A DNA stretch of 63,996 nt, the filler included, from Reclinomonas americana ATCC 50394 (lineage: Eukaryota): NCBI GenBank assembly GCA_048213135.1. It is 5 parts of 5 records of this genome, joined end to end, with 100 filler letters (N's around TTAATTAATTAA, not from the genome) between each part and the next. Parts side by side here need not be neighbours in the genome. Positions count along the whole stretch, not along the records: positions 15,868 to 39,034 come from PS015384.1; 4 more parts are not named here. One strand, written 5' to 3'. The notes beneath the pieces were generated by a model. It ran no database searches, was not told where the DNA came from, and worked only from the letters and a program-made list of their open reading frames with translations. Position 1 is the stretch's first letter. Every line of letters begins with the position of its first letter. The position numbers and the translations under genes were made by a program. Below, in pieces: positions 26,979 to 38,669 of the stretch.

Positions 26979-27961
26979 ATGTCTGCTCACCCGAAGATCT
27001 TCTACTGGTAAGTGCGCTCTCTGTGTGTTGCCATGCATTGATGATTGCGTTGCTCACGTCCGTTTTTCTACACAAAACAGGGGCATCAAGGCGTTGCGTC
27101 ACTTGTCTTGCTGACGTGTGCACTCTCTCCTCGCTCTCTCCTCACGCTTGCACATGCACAACAGTCGCGCTCAGCTCCCCATCCTCATCCTCGCCGCTGG
27201 CGGTATCGAGTACGAGTGGTGCGTGGAGATCTGCAGCTTTTGTTTTCTTTGTGTTCCGGCACGCATGCTCACTCACTGTCCATTCGTGTGCAGGGACCAG
27301 TCTGGTGGCAACTGGCCGGAGCTGAAGCCGCAGACGTTGCGTCTGCAGCTGCTGCAGCTGCTTGCTCTCTCATCCACCTGCATGTCTCACTCACTCTCCG
27401 TTTTCTGCGACAACAACAGTCACTTTGGACAGCTGCCGTACTTGGAGCACGGCAGCATCCGCGTGTCGCAGTCGATGGTTTGCGTGTGTGTGCCTCACTC
27501 GCATCCACGTCACCGTCGTGACTCATTCCCCATATGTGCGTGTGCAGGCCATTGCCCGCTACTGCGCTCGCCTGGCGGGCCTGGAGGGTGGCAGCGACTC
27601 TGACTTTGCGACGTCGGAGATGCTGATTGAGGAGCAGAACGACTTCTACAACAAGCTGGCCGGCGCCATGTACGCGCCCGAGGCCACCAAGGCCGAGGCA
27701 TGGGCCAAGTTCCTCGACGAGTGGGTCCCGGCTCAGCTGGCCAGCCTCGAGAAGATGCTGCCGGAGGGCCAAGACTGGTTCGGCTCGCGCCTGACCGCTG
27801 GCGACCTCGCCATCTTCAACGCCTTCAACCTGACCCTCGACATCAAGGGCGACATCCTCGACCACTCGCCCAAGCTCAAGGCTCACTACGAGCGCGTGCG
27901 CGCCCTGCCCCAGCTGCAGGCCTACTTCGACATGGGTGTGCAGCCGTACTTCCACAAGTAA
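26979..27961 (+). CDS. Glutathione S-transferase (Tyr-type, sigma/pi-like), 6 exons
   Basis: MSAHPKIFYWGIKARAQLP..THFGQLPYLE..VSQSMAIARY..LTAGDLAIF. Confidence 0.93.
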
Positions 27962-28114
27962 GCCGAGAAGGAAAAGGGAGAGTGGCAGCGAGTGCTCTCT
28001 CGCCTCCACCATCTCGCGTCTTTGTGAATAAACGATGATGCAACAAAAACAAAAAACCCAAACAACGACGGAACGTAGAAGGACAGCGAGAAATCAAAGC
28101 CGTTCGCCTCTTCC

Positions 28115-30758
28115 ATGAGCACAGGTGGTGCTGGTGCGTGCGCCGCCTTCTCTGTGCACAGTCGCCGTCACCCCGCTCGTGGTGCTGAACGTGAGTGAAA
28201 ACACACAGGAGGCTTCAAGGGCTTTGGTGCCAGCGGTGGCTTCAAGCCACCTGGTGCCGCCGCAGCGGGGGGAGCACCGGCAGCAGGAGGTGCACCGGCA
28301 GCCACAGGCGGTTTGTCTCTCTGTGTGTGTACACACACACACACACACGCCTGGTGTGGTGCGCGCGCATTCGAAATTCATGTTGGTGTTGTCGCACACA
28401 GGGTTTGGTGCTGGAGGCTTCAAGCCTGCTGGCGCAGCGGGTGCTGGCGCAGCTGGTGCCACAGGTGGTGCTGCTGCTGCAGCGCCTGCAGGAGGAGCAG
28501 CAGCAGCAGCAACAGGAGGTGCTGCAGGTGGGGGATTCAAACCACCAGGTGCGTGATTGCAGTGGTCGTGTGTGTGTGCGTGTGTGTGCATGCAGGCGAG
28601 AGTGTGTTGTGTGTGCAGCGTGCGCGCGCGTTGTCAGGGCAGCTCTGAATGTGATTGTCATTCATTCATTCGCATTCGTTCCCTTCGTGTCTTGTGTCTC
28701 TTCACAGGCGCCGCTGCCGCTGGCACTGGTGGCACTACTGGAGCTGCTGGTGTGCATTCTTTCGTATCGCACGTGCGTGTGGGTGTCTCTCTGTCTCTCA
28801 TGCACTGGGCACCGATAGGTGGAGGCTTTGGTGCTGGTCGTGGTTTTGCTGGCTTTGGCAAGCCGCCGGGCACGGCAGGTGCTGCCGCGGGAACAGGCGC
28901 TGCTGCCACTGGTGCGCCGGCTGCTGGTGCTGCTGGAGCGGCGGGTGGCGCAGCGGTGCGACACGAGTGATGCGAGTGAGTCGGATTGCAGTGCGTCTCA
29001 CCAATCTCTGCAGGGCACAACGGCAGGAGCGGCGGCTGGCACAGCAGCAGCAGGAGGGGTGCGTCACTCACTCTCTCACTCTCTCCTTCTTTCTCTCGTC
29101 CCTTTCGACTCTGACCCTGATCATTCCCGTGCAGGCACCAAAGATCGGCGCCGGCGTGGTTTGTTGACAAGTGCACTGAGCTTCTCGATGTCACTCCCTC
29201 ATGCCTTGCGTCGCGCACAGGCACCGGCGGCTCCACAAGTGCAGCTGCCCATGTACTTTGGCGAACCGTTGTACACGGCGGCGTGGCAGTCGGTCAACAA
29301 CGACACGAAGTTGAAGGAGATCAAGAGCGCCGAGTTGATGTCGCTGTTCAAGCATCTCGGGTAAGTGGCCCGCTCCCAGACCGTGTGTGCACTCTTTCTC
29401 ACGCGCACCGGCACACCACAGCAACCACATTGACACGCAAGAGCAGGCGCGGCATGCGTTGGATCGTGAGATTCAGGACTTTGAGGTGGAGCTGAGCGAG
29501 ATGGTGGAGCTGCGCGACCGCGTGCAAAAGGCATGTACTTGTTGTTGTCTCTCTGCTGGCTGCTGCTGCTGTGGCATCTCACGCGCTGTGTCGCAGGATG
29601 CCAAGCTGCTGTCGCACGAAGTGAGCAAAGAGCAGTTCACCGTCGACGCGTTGCACAAGGCCACCAAGATGTGTCTGGACGAGACCGATCGTGCCGTGCT
29701 GCAGCTCGGCCTCGTCAAGGACAACCAACCCGTGTCGTTCCGCTCACCGTCACCGTTGCGTTCAAGGGGAAGGAAGGGAAGGGGAAGTGAGCGACTGCTG
29801 ATCATGTTGTGTGTGGCGAACAGGTTCTTCAAGAATCTCGTCTCCGAGTTTGAGCAGCGCATGAGCTCGACGTGGCAGCAGATTGAAGAGGTGGGTGCGC
29901 AGCTGCAACCGACGTCGTCGATGGCTGGTGGCGCCCCGGAATCGAACGGTGGTTTCACACCGCAAAGTGCGTGGTTTTTTCGTGCGCACACGGTCTTGTC
30001 TGTCGGCTCACACCCTGTGTTGCAGTGCTGAAGGAGATGCTGCTGGAGTTGCACCGCGTGATGATTGACCGCGCAGGCGAAGTCGATTTGCTGCACGAGG
30101 ACGTGCAGAAGCTCAAGGTTATCCTCTGCTGCGCGCTGGTCGCACCTGTAGTGAGCGTCGCTGACGATGTGATGATGTACAGGATCAATTCGTGGTGTTC
30201 CGACGCGCGCACTTTGGCAACCCGGGAGTGGTGTTTTACAAGGACAGGCCAGCACGGCGCAGTCAGCGGCGCGCGGAGAGTGCCCGCACCATGGAGGAGC
30301 AGATGATGATGTATGGCATGATGCAACAACAGCAGCAGCAAATGGGCATGCAACAAATGGGTATGCAGCAGCAGGGACAGGGGCAGGGCCAAATGGGTGC
30401 ATACGGTCGCGGAACTGGCACATTTGGGTATGTGCAACCGTGTTTCTCCATTGTGCGCGTGAACACTCACCCACCCACCCACTCCCAATCTGTGTGCAGT
30501 CGCGGCACTGGCTTTGGTGCTGGCGGTGGTTTCGGTCAGGGCGCAGCAGCAGGTGGTGGCGGTTTNNNNNNNNNNNNNNNNNNNNCCGGCGGCTTTGGTC
30601 GTGGCTTTGGCGCGGCAGCTGGAACGGCGGGACGCGGCTTTGGTGCGTCTGGGGAGTGTCTTTTCCCCCCAGTTCCTTGATTCTTATGTGTGTGTTTGTA
30701 TGCAGGTGCACCGGCGGCGCCACCAGCCGGTCAGCCACCACCAGGCTTCCGGGTGTGA
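28115..30758 (+). CDS. NUP58: FG-nucleoporin Nup58/Nup49 family
   Basis: GF/FG repeats at both ends flank a coiled-coil core FFKNLVSEFEQRM..QQIEEV..TPQMLKEMLLELHRVMI..LHEDVQKLKDQFVVFRR resembling the Nup58 core. Confidence 0.8.
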
Positions 30759-30961
30759 GTCGACGACGCAAGACGGAGAGCAAAGAAGAGGAAGAAAGAA
30801 AGATTGAGAGAAATAGGCGAGAATGAATGTGACGGCGACGATGTCCATCATGCATATCTCCTTTGCGTCTTTGCCTTCATCTTCCTTATAGTTGTTGTTG
30901 GACAATCAATGAAGAAAAAGAGACTCAGAAAAAAAAGAAAGAAAAAAATGCAAAAATGTAA

Positions 30962-31034
30962 TGCCTTCGGCCGGGATCGAACCAGCGACCTTACGATCTT
31001 CAGTCGTACGCTCTCCCAATTGAGCTACGAAGGC
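30962..31034 (-). tRNA. tRNA-Phe(GAA)
   Basis: Reverse complement GCCTTCGTAGCTCAATTGGGAGAGCGTACGACTGAAGATCGTAAGGTCGCTGGTTCGATCCCGGCCGAAGGCA folds as a cloverleaf with anticodon GAA; T-runs follow downstream. Confidence 0.97.
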
Positions 31035-31213
31035 ACCGTTGTGTAACTATGAAGAATCGACCAGACGTGCGCTGCCCCGCCACCGTGGTGAGCTCCGGCC
31101 ACCGCGCTGCCGCCGCCGACACGCCGATGATGCAGCATTCACAGTGGACTAACAAGGGCACCAACAAGAGGTGCCAGTGGGGGCTTCTACGATGCCAAGT
31201 TTACTGCGTTCTC

Positions 31214-33494
31214 TCATCGAGCGACACTTGCAGCAGATCCAGCCGCCGCGCCGCTCAGCTCGGGTCGCCACAAGCGTGCGGTTCCATCAAAACTCGTGGT
31301 GACAAGGGTGGACGTGCCACGATCGAAGCGCATGTCGCGCTGTGAGCGACACGAAATGAGCAACTTGGACATCAGACTTTTTCTCTCTGCGTCTCTCTGC
31401 GCATCGCACGCACCACTTGCTTTGTGTGACCCTCGAGACGAGTCACCTGCTTTTGTGTCGCCGTGTCCCACACGTACACGTAGCTGCATCATGGCGCAGC
31501 GTGTGTCAGAGCACAGAGTACAGAAACTGACGGAAACTGCATGCAAACCTGTCGAGCGCTGTGGCGTACACGCAGCGCGAGCCGGCGCTGAGTGCACACC
31601 GCGGCTGGCCGGTGACCTCGTGGTTGTGCACGCCGAAAAAGTTGCGCACCTGGTTGGGGCTGCCGGACTCGAAGAGCACCAGTCGGCCCTTGTCTGTGGA
31701 GGCAATGAGCGAGAGAAAATCATGTGCGTATGCGATGACGACACGAACCAGTGTTGACCAGCAGCATGCGGTCATCGTCGCTAAACTGCGTGTCCATGGC
31801 CGAGAAGCTCACGTGGTGATCACCGTTGGCGTTCATGTTCACATCCGAGGTCTGCAGCGTCTCCAGGTCCACGTAGTGCAGCAGATTGTCGTTGAGACAG
31901 GCCACCACCGCGCGCCGTCCGTCCTGCACGACACGCACGGGTGAGGGGTGTGAGGCAACAAACAAATGCAGACCACAGAGAAGACGAACCGGGGAAAAGT
32001 CAAGAGACTCCACGTTGCTGGCAAATGGGTAGGTCTTGACCAGCGACGCAACGCCTGTGACGGGGTCGAACCTGCAGAGAAGGGGGAAAGGGAGAGGGGG
32101 GAGGGAGGGAGAAGGGGGAGGGTGAGTGGCTGCAGCAAGAGAAGAAGGGGTGCACGGGAAAGGCAGAAAGAAGGGACACAGCACGAGCAGCAGAGGAAGC
32201 AGCAAAGGAAAGGGGAAGTAGTACGAGACGAAGGAGAGGCAACACGGGAAGAGGGCGAAGCAGCAAGGGAAGAGGTGGAAGCAGCAGGGAAGGGGGACGG
32301 GGAGATGGAAAAACGTGGGAAGAGGAGGAAGAAACAGGAGGAAGAACGAAAACAGCGTGGGAGGAAGCAGCACGGGAAGAGCATTCCATGTGCTGCTCCC
32401 CTGTTTTCTCTTCAAACTTCTTTTGTTGTCGCGCTCCCTCGTCTTTTTCTTCTTTCTCCCCTTCGCCTCCCTCCCTTTTCCCTTATTCCCCCACGCAACT
32501 CGTACAACTTGCACGACTTGTCATACGAGGCCGTGCCAAACATGCGCCCATTCGGCGACCACCGCACTCGCACCACGAAGCGCGAGTGATCCCTCCACCG
32601 CGTCAGCGACGCCTGTCGCTCCACATGCAGCAGCTGGTGCGAGAAGTCCATGGACGAGGCCAGCACAAACGATCTACACGACGTACAGTCAGCCACGGGG
32701 CGGGGAGGAGAGAGCCGCGGTCGCCCAACGCAACGGATACACGGGATTAATGTCCACCGAGACCACGCCAGCGGAGAAGAGCGCAGGGAAGGAGGCAATG
32801 TTCGCGCCAGTGACAGCATCGGTCACCTGCACCGACTTGTCCACACCACCCGTGGCAAGGTAGCTCACGCCGTGCCCTGTTGCGGAGAACGCGCGCGCGG
32901 GTGAGAGGAGAAGCGACAAGGGCGGGTAGGGAGGGAGTCGTCCACACCATTGTCGGGGCAGTAGGCCACCGACAGCGGGTTGGTGAGGTGCAACGCGGGG
33001 AACTCGCGCACGCATGTGTCTGCATGCACCGGAGGTTCGGTCGCACTCGGATCAGCAGCACGAGTCTGCGCGTGTGAGAAAACGGAGAGACGAAGAGCAT
33101 AGACACTACGGGCATGCACACACACCAGTGCCAGGTCGAGCTCGCGGGCCACAGCACGCGTGTCGTCCAGCTCCCGCATCAGAGTGCTCTCATAGTGATC
33201 AGTCTGCTCACACACACGAAGAGTGTCACACAGACGCCTCTGCGCTCTCTCTCTCGAACACACAGCACTCACGCACCAGTGCAGTCAGCAACTCACTGCC
33301 ACGCGGCAATGCATCCTCCGTGTAGTCGACGCCTCTGTGTGTGTGTAAGAGACAAGTGTGTGAGATACAAAAAGAGTGGACGAGGATGCCGCGTGTTGCG
33401 TGTACCCTTCCTCCTGAAACGTGCGCAGAGTACGCGAGTAGCCGTTCTCGGAGAGGTACTGCAGCACGTACAGCTTGATGCGCTTGTCGTCCAT
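31214..33494 (-). CDS. LisH + WD40-repeat protein
   Basis: LisH IKLYVLQYLSENGYSRTLRTFQEE; WD repeats LATGGVDKSV, DHSRFVVRVRWSPNGRMFGTASYDKS, LVTTSFDGTARLW. Confidence 0.82.
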
Positions 33495-33537
33495 CTCTCA
33501 CTCACAAGGAAAATGAACTTCGTTGGTTTTGTTTTCA

Positions 33538-34709
33538 TTATGTGGGCGACGACGGTCCTTCCTCTGTACCGCCGACACCACCACCACCACTACTACTACC
33601 GCTTCCCTCGCCTCCGATCATGTAGTCTGGAGGCAGTGGGAAGGAGGCGGAGGACGACTCGGCCACGGCCAACCAATCGGCATCCACGTCCGAATCATCG
33701 CTGTCGCCGTCGCCTCCATCGTCACCCGCCGCCACTGCTGCCTGGTTCCGCAGTTGCCATCGCTCCATCACCAGCATGGTCTGCGCTCGTACACGAGTGC
33801 ATGTGTCAGGAAACAACACACTGCAAAAAACAAAGATGACAATCGTGGAGATACAAGACCTTAAAGTACTCGTACACACGCTCCGGCGCCATCTGTAACC
33901 TCGCCGCCAAGCGCAGCCGTCGTCGCTGCGAGGGTCGTCGTGGTTTGCGTCGGAAGGCGGCCTCCAGCAGCAACATCTGCACGCGCGCGCGAGAGAGAGA
34001 TAGAGATTCGTCAAAAGACGGGGTCCACAAACGGCAATACAAGTGAGGCACAGAGAGGGACACGCACTTGCACGTCTCGCCGCATGCGCGGTCGCCCTCG
34101 TGCCAGTCGTCGCTCCGCTCCACGTATTCTCGTCTGCATGCACAGGGAAGACAAGTGTGTCAGAAAACGATACAAAAATGACAAGCGGAAAAATGCTGCA
34201 GCAGTGCATACCAGACGACGAAGAGGTTCTCTTGTCAACTGCCACCACGACAAACATGTGAGCACCCAGCCACGCACACACAGTGAGCGAGAGAGAGAGA
34301 TGCGCGACCACACACCGTTTGTTGATCGCAGACAACTGAATCCTCCTGCATGGCCTCCACTGCCACTGCGCTCCCCTCCGCCTCTCTTCTCTCCACTGAC
34401 TGTTGTTGTTGCTGCGCGTGCTTGCGACACACAGACTCCTCGCCCGCCTGTCCGCTGTGGCACCCACAAACGCACGCCACCTTCTCACACACACATGAGA
34501 TTCACAGCACAGGCAGTGTGAGAGAGAGACAAGTGTGTGCTGACCTCTGAGATGCGCATGGTGGCCACTGCACTTTGCAGTGCATTCACCTCCTCCTTCT
34601 CCTCTCCCGACTCCGCCTCAACCGCACTCATCACATGTTGTTGTTGTTGTTGCTCCCAGTGCACCGCACGTGGAGGTCGCATGGTCACTGCGCTGCCCTC
34701 TTGTTGCAT
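33538..34709 (-). CDS. Hypothetical protein with divergent homeodomain-like segment
   Basis: Spliced GRPRMRRDVQMLLLEAAFRRKPRRPSQRRRLRLAARLQMAPERVYEYFK. Confidence 0.55.
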
Positions 34710-35164
34710 GTGTCCAACACACACGCACACACAGAGAGAGAGTGTGTGTGTGTGTGTGTGCGTTGAGAGAAAGTTGTGAAATTATTCCGCACACTCCGTA
34801 CGCTCTCTTCTCTCTTGTTAATATGTGTGCGTGCACACTCGCCACTCACTTACGAGTGCGTGCGTTCACGGAGAGAGAAAGTGTGTGTGTGTGCGTGCGT
34901 GTGCTCTGTCAAAAACGAGTGCGCGTGAGGTCGCAAATCGTTCGGGTAAAAGGCAACTTGAGGGTGTGTTGCATGAAAATGGCAATTTCTGCGTCTTCAC
35001 ATTCCGCTCTCTCTCTCTCTCTGCACCACTGCGTCTCTCTCTCCCTCCCTCCCTCCGTCTCTCATGTGGTGTTATACATGCCCGCAAACCCCCGCGTGTT
35101 TGTACTCCACAACCTCGGTATTCCTGCTTTCCTTTTCCTCCTTGGCCAATTATCCCGACTCTCT

Positions 35165-36101
35165 TCACGTCTGCATCACTGTGGCGTTCTCCAGCTGCGC
35201 TTGTGAGATGGTCAGCGAGTTGTCGGTGAGCAGCTCGCGAGTGGCTCCGTTCAGCAATTGGAACGCCTGGCCTGGCGACGACAGCGAGGCGGCGTAGAGA
35301 CGCAAATCGCCTACCGTGTGGCGGNNNNNNNNNNNNNNNNNNNNNNNNNNNNNNNNNNNNNNNNNNNNNNNNNNNNNNNNNNNNNNNNNNNNNNNNNNNN
35401 NNNNNNNNNNNNNNNNNNNNNNNNNNNNNNNNNNNNNNNNNNNNNNNNNNNNNNNNNNNNNNNNNNNNNNNNNNNNNNNNNNNNNNNNNNNNNNNNNNNN
35501 NNNNNNNNNNNNNNNNNNNNNNNNNNNNNNNNNNNNNNNNNNNNNNNNNNNNNNNNNNNNNNTCGGCATGCCCATGGGCGGGAAGGCCGATGATGCGGGC
35601 GGTGGCATGGCGGGATGCTGTGGCACTTGTGGTTGCGCGGCAACAGCGGCCGCAGCTGCCTCGGCCTCTGTCGCCTCCATCTCCACCAGTGAGAGCGCAG
35701 TCTGTGCGCACAATCGTCGATTCCACGATCAGCGATCATTCAATCACTCAATCACACACACTGGAGTGAAGTGTGGCAAACTCCATGGAGTGTGTGCGAA
35801 GAGAGCGCGCGTGCACGAGCTTTTCTTCTCTTCATCATTGATGGTGGTGGACAAGTGCCAGAAATGATCGTCTCACTCTCACTCTTTCTTTCTCTGCCTC
35901 TGCCTCGAGTAGTGCAAGAGCAGATGAACACTGTGTATGTGTGTGTGTGTTGTGTACGTGTGCGCGCGTGTGTGTCTAGCGTGCGATGGCCCCGCGCACC
36001 TCGACATCCCAGCCCGAGCTTTCCAAGTAGAAGCGTGCCTTGTCGGCACCGATGCTGCAGATCTCGCACAGCTGATCCACCAGGTCTTGCTCACTCGCCA
36101 T
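35165..36101 (-). CDS. p47/Shp1 (NSFL1C)-like UBX protein; middle lies in N gap
   Basis: N-terminal UBA-like LVDQLCEICSIGADKARFYLESSGWDVETAL; C-terminal UBX HTVGDLRLY..FQLL..LTDNSLTISQAQLENATVMQ. Confidence 0.8.
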
Positions 36102-36326
36102 TCTTCGTGTGTGATCGATGAAGTCGGTGTGAAACGAAATTGCACGGACGAGATGACACGAGGACAGCAGCGCGCGGATCGTTTTACACCACCATCAAAA
36201 GGAAGAGGGAGGGAGGAGCAGAGCGGGAAAAGTGTGTGTGGGGGGAAATGATACAAAAACGTGAACGTGCAAGATGTCATGCGAAACAAAGAATCGACGT
36301 CGGCTGCCGTCGTCGAAGCCATGCTC

Positions 36327-38440
36327 TCACTCCACCGTCAGCACCTTCATGAGGTTCGAGAGGCCGGAGGGACCCGACTTGGTGCCCGACGTGACAATCA
36401 CAAAGTCGCCTGCGATGAGGGAGGCAAGCGGCGGAGAAAGGTGAGTTCACTGGCTTGCGATGCAGACCGCCGACTGCCACAAACCAGACTTGACGACGCC
36501 ACGCTGCTTGGCCAGCGCCACTGTTCTTGCAATAACATTGTCGACGCCGACCAGCGTGCCGACCACCACCGGGAAGATGCCACGCGATACCTGTGAAGAA
36601 ACAAAGCACTCAGTAAAGCACTCTCCTTCCCTCTCTCTCACACGCGACGCACCAACAGCTGCCTGGCGACTTGCTTGCGTGAGGTGATGCAGAAAATGGG
36701 TGCCTGTGGGCGGTACTTGGCCACCAGACGCGCCGTGTTGCCAGTCTCCGTCAGGGTAACCACCAGACCCGCACGCAGGTCGTTGGCCGACAGCACCGCA
36801 GAGGCAGTGATGGCCTCGGCCACGGACACGTCGCCGGTGGCGTTGGTGAAGCGGCGCACTTGCTCAAAGGCCAGACGGAAGTCGTAGGCCATTTCTGCTG
36901 ACACGCAAATGTTGCTCATGATGCGCACGGCTTCCACGGGGTACTTGCCTGAGAGGAGGGGAGGGAGCGGGAGGAGATGGGTGTGAGCAGAGGGTACAAA
37001 GAGAGAGAAGCAGAAGAAGAAGACAAAGAGAGAGGGAGTAACAAAAGAACGACAGCATACAGATGTGTGATTAAAGACAGACAGACAGAGAGTGTGCGAG
37101 TGGAAGGAGAAGAGTGTGAGCGAAAAACAGAGAGAGTGTGAGAGAGAGAAGAAAAGGAAGAGAATAAAGAAAGATGAGTGCATGCGCAGGCGAGTGTGCT
37201 GAGAAATAGACAGAGAATGTGTGAGAGAAGAAAAGGAAGAATGAGTGTGTGTGTGTGTGAGGGCGTCCCTCACCCTTCGCGGTTTCTCCACTGAGCATCA
37301 CGCAGTCTGAGCCATCGAGCACAGCATTGGTGACATCCGAGGCCTCGGCACGTGTTGGCCGTGGGTTCTGGATCATGGTCTCGAGCATCTGTGTGGCCGT
37401 GATGACCGGCTTGCCCACCATGTGGCACTGCATGCGGATGGAGATGAGCGTCAAACTGGAAGGGGCAAACAACTGTTCTCTCTCTGTCTCTCTGTGGCTC
37501 GTTTTTACCCGTTCCCTCATTGTCGTTCCATCCCTTCCTCCTTTTCTTCCCTTCCCCCTATCTCTCTCTCTCCGCCAAACACACCTTGTTGATCATCATC
37601 TTCTGGGCCAGCGCGACCTTCTCGATCGGAATCTCCACACCGAGATCACCACGCGCCACCATGATACCGTCGCTCTCCGCCAGAATCTCGTCAAAGTTGT
37701 CAATGCCCTGCTGGCTCTCGATCTTGGAGATGATCTTGATCTCCGCACCCCTGTGCCACACAACAGCATGGTGAGTGTCACAAATAGTCGATGCCCACGA
37801 ACAACAGGATGACGNNNNNNNNNNNNNNNNNNNNTGCGTCGATCAGCTTGGCAATCATCTCGGGCGTCTGTCACCCAAAACAACGGAAGATGAGTGCGCT
37901 GCTGCTTCTGCTGCTCTCCATCGCTCTCTCGCGCGTGAGTACACACCTGTGTCTTGGGGCCCAGCGTGCACACAATCTATGTGTGTTATAGTGTTACTGG
38001 TAATCGAAACCACAAACAGCGTCTTGTACAGCACACACACAGAGAGAGATGGAGGTGCTCACCTTGGTGCGACGACCCTCCGCTGACGGCGGTTGCCTAT
38101 GAGTGTGTGTGCGCAAGAGAGTGAGAGACACGCAATGAGGCATCGCCCTCTTCTCGAGACACACGAAAGATCGCGCACAGACAGTCGCAAAGAGAGGAAG
38201 AGGAGGAGCGAGGCAAGGTGCTGAGACACAGTGCTGTCGACTTGAACGAGTGGACACAGAAAAAAGGTCATGCTCCAACACGACAATGCACCAGTGCGAC
38301 ATAGACAGAGAGAGACACACACAACAACAACAACAGCAGCAGCAGCAGCAGCAGCAGAGGGAGAAAGAGAGAGAGAGAGAAAGAGAAAGACACGCGACTG
38401 TGGCAATGTCGACACCCGAGAATAAGTGCACCTTCGACAT
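36327..38440 (-). CDS. pyk: Pyruvate kinase (internal part missing in gap)
   Basis: [88 protein letters not shown]. Confidence 0.96.
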
Positions 38441-38669
38441 CAAATCAAGTGGTGCACCACTGCACAAGTCGCTTACAACAAAAACAAACACAAAGTGTGT
38501 GTAACAACACGCACCAGTCAGCCTGCAAGTACTTGGCCAGCGGATGACTGCCGGGGCCACTCGCCTTGCCACTGCCACTGCCACTTCCCGATGCCGCACT
38601 CGCCATTCTCTCTCACACACAAGACAAGAAATCAAATTTGCGCCTGAGAGGACACAGGCAGGCACTGCG

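Noticed and set aside
31966..32589. 207-aa E/R/K/G-rich plus-strand ORF
   Set aside because: It is the antisense reading of a pyrimidine-rich long intron of the LisH-WD40 gene.
37815..37834. Pyruvate kinase (and p47, MPP) apparently lacking internal domains
   Set aside because: The missing parts coincide with N gaps, so this is not evidence of pseudogenes.
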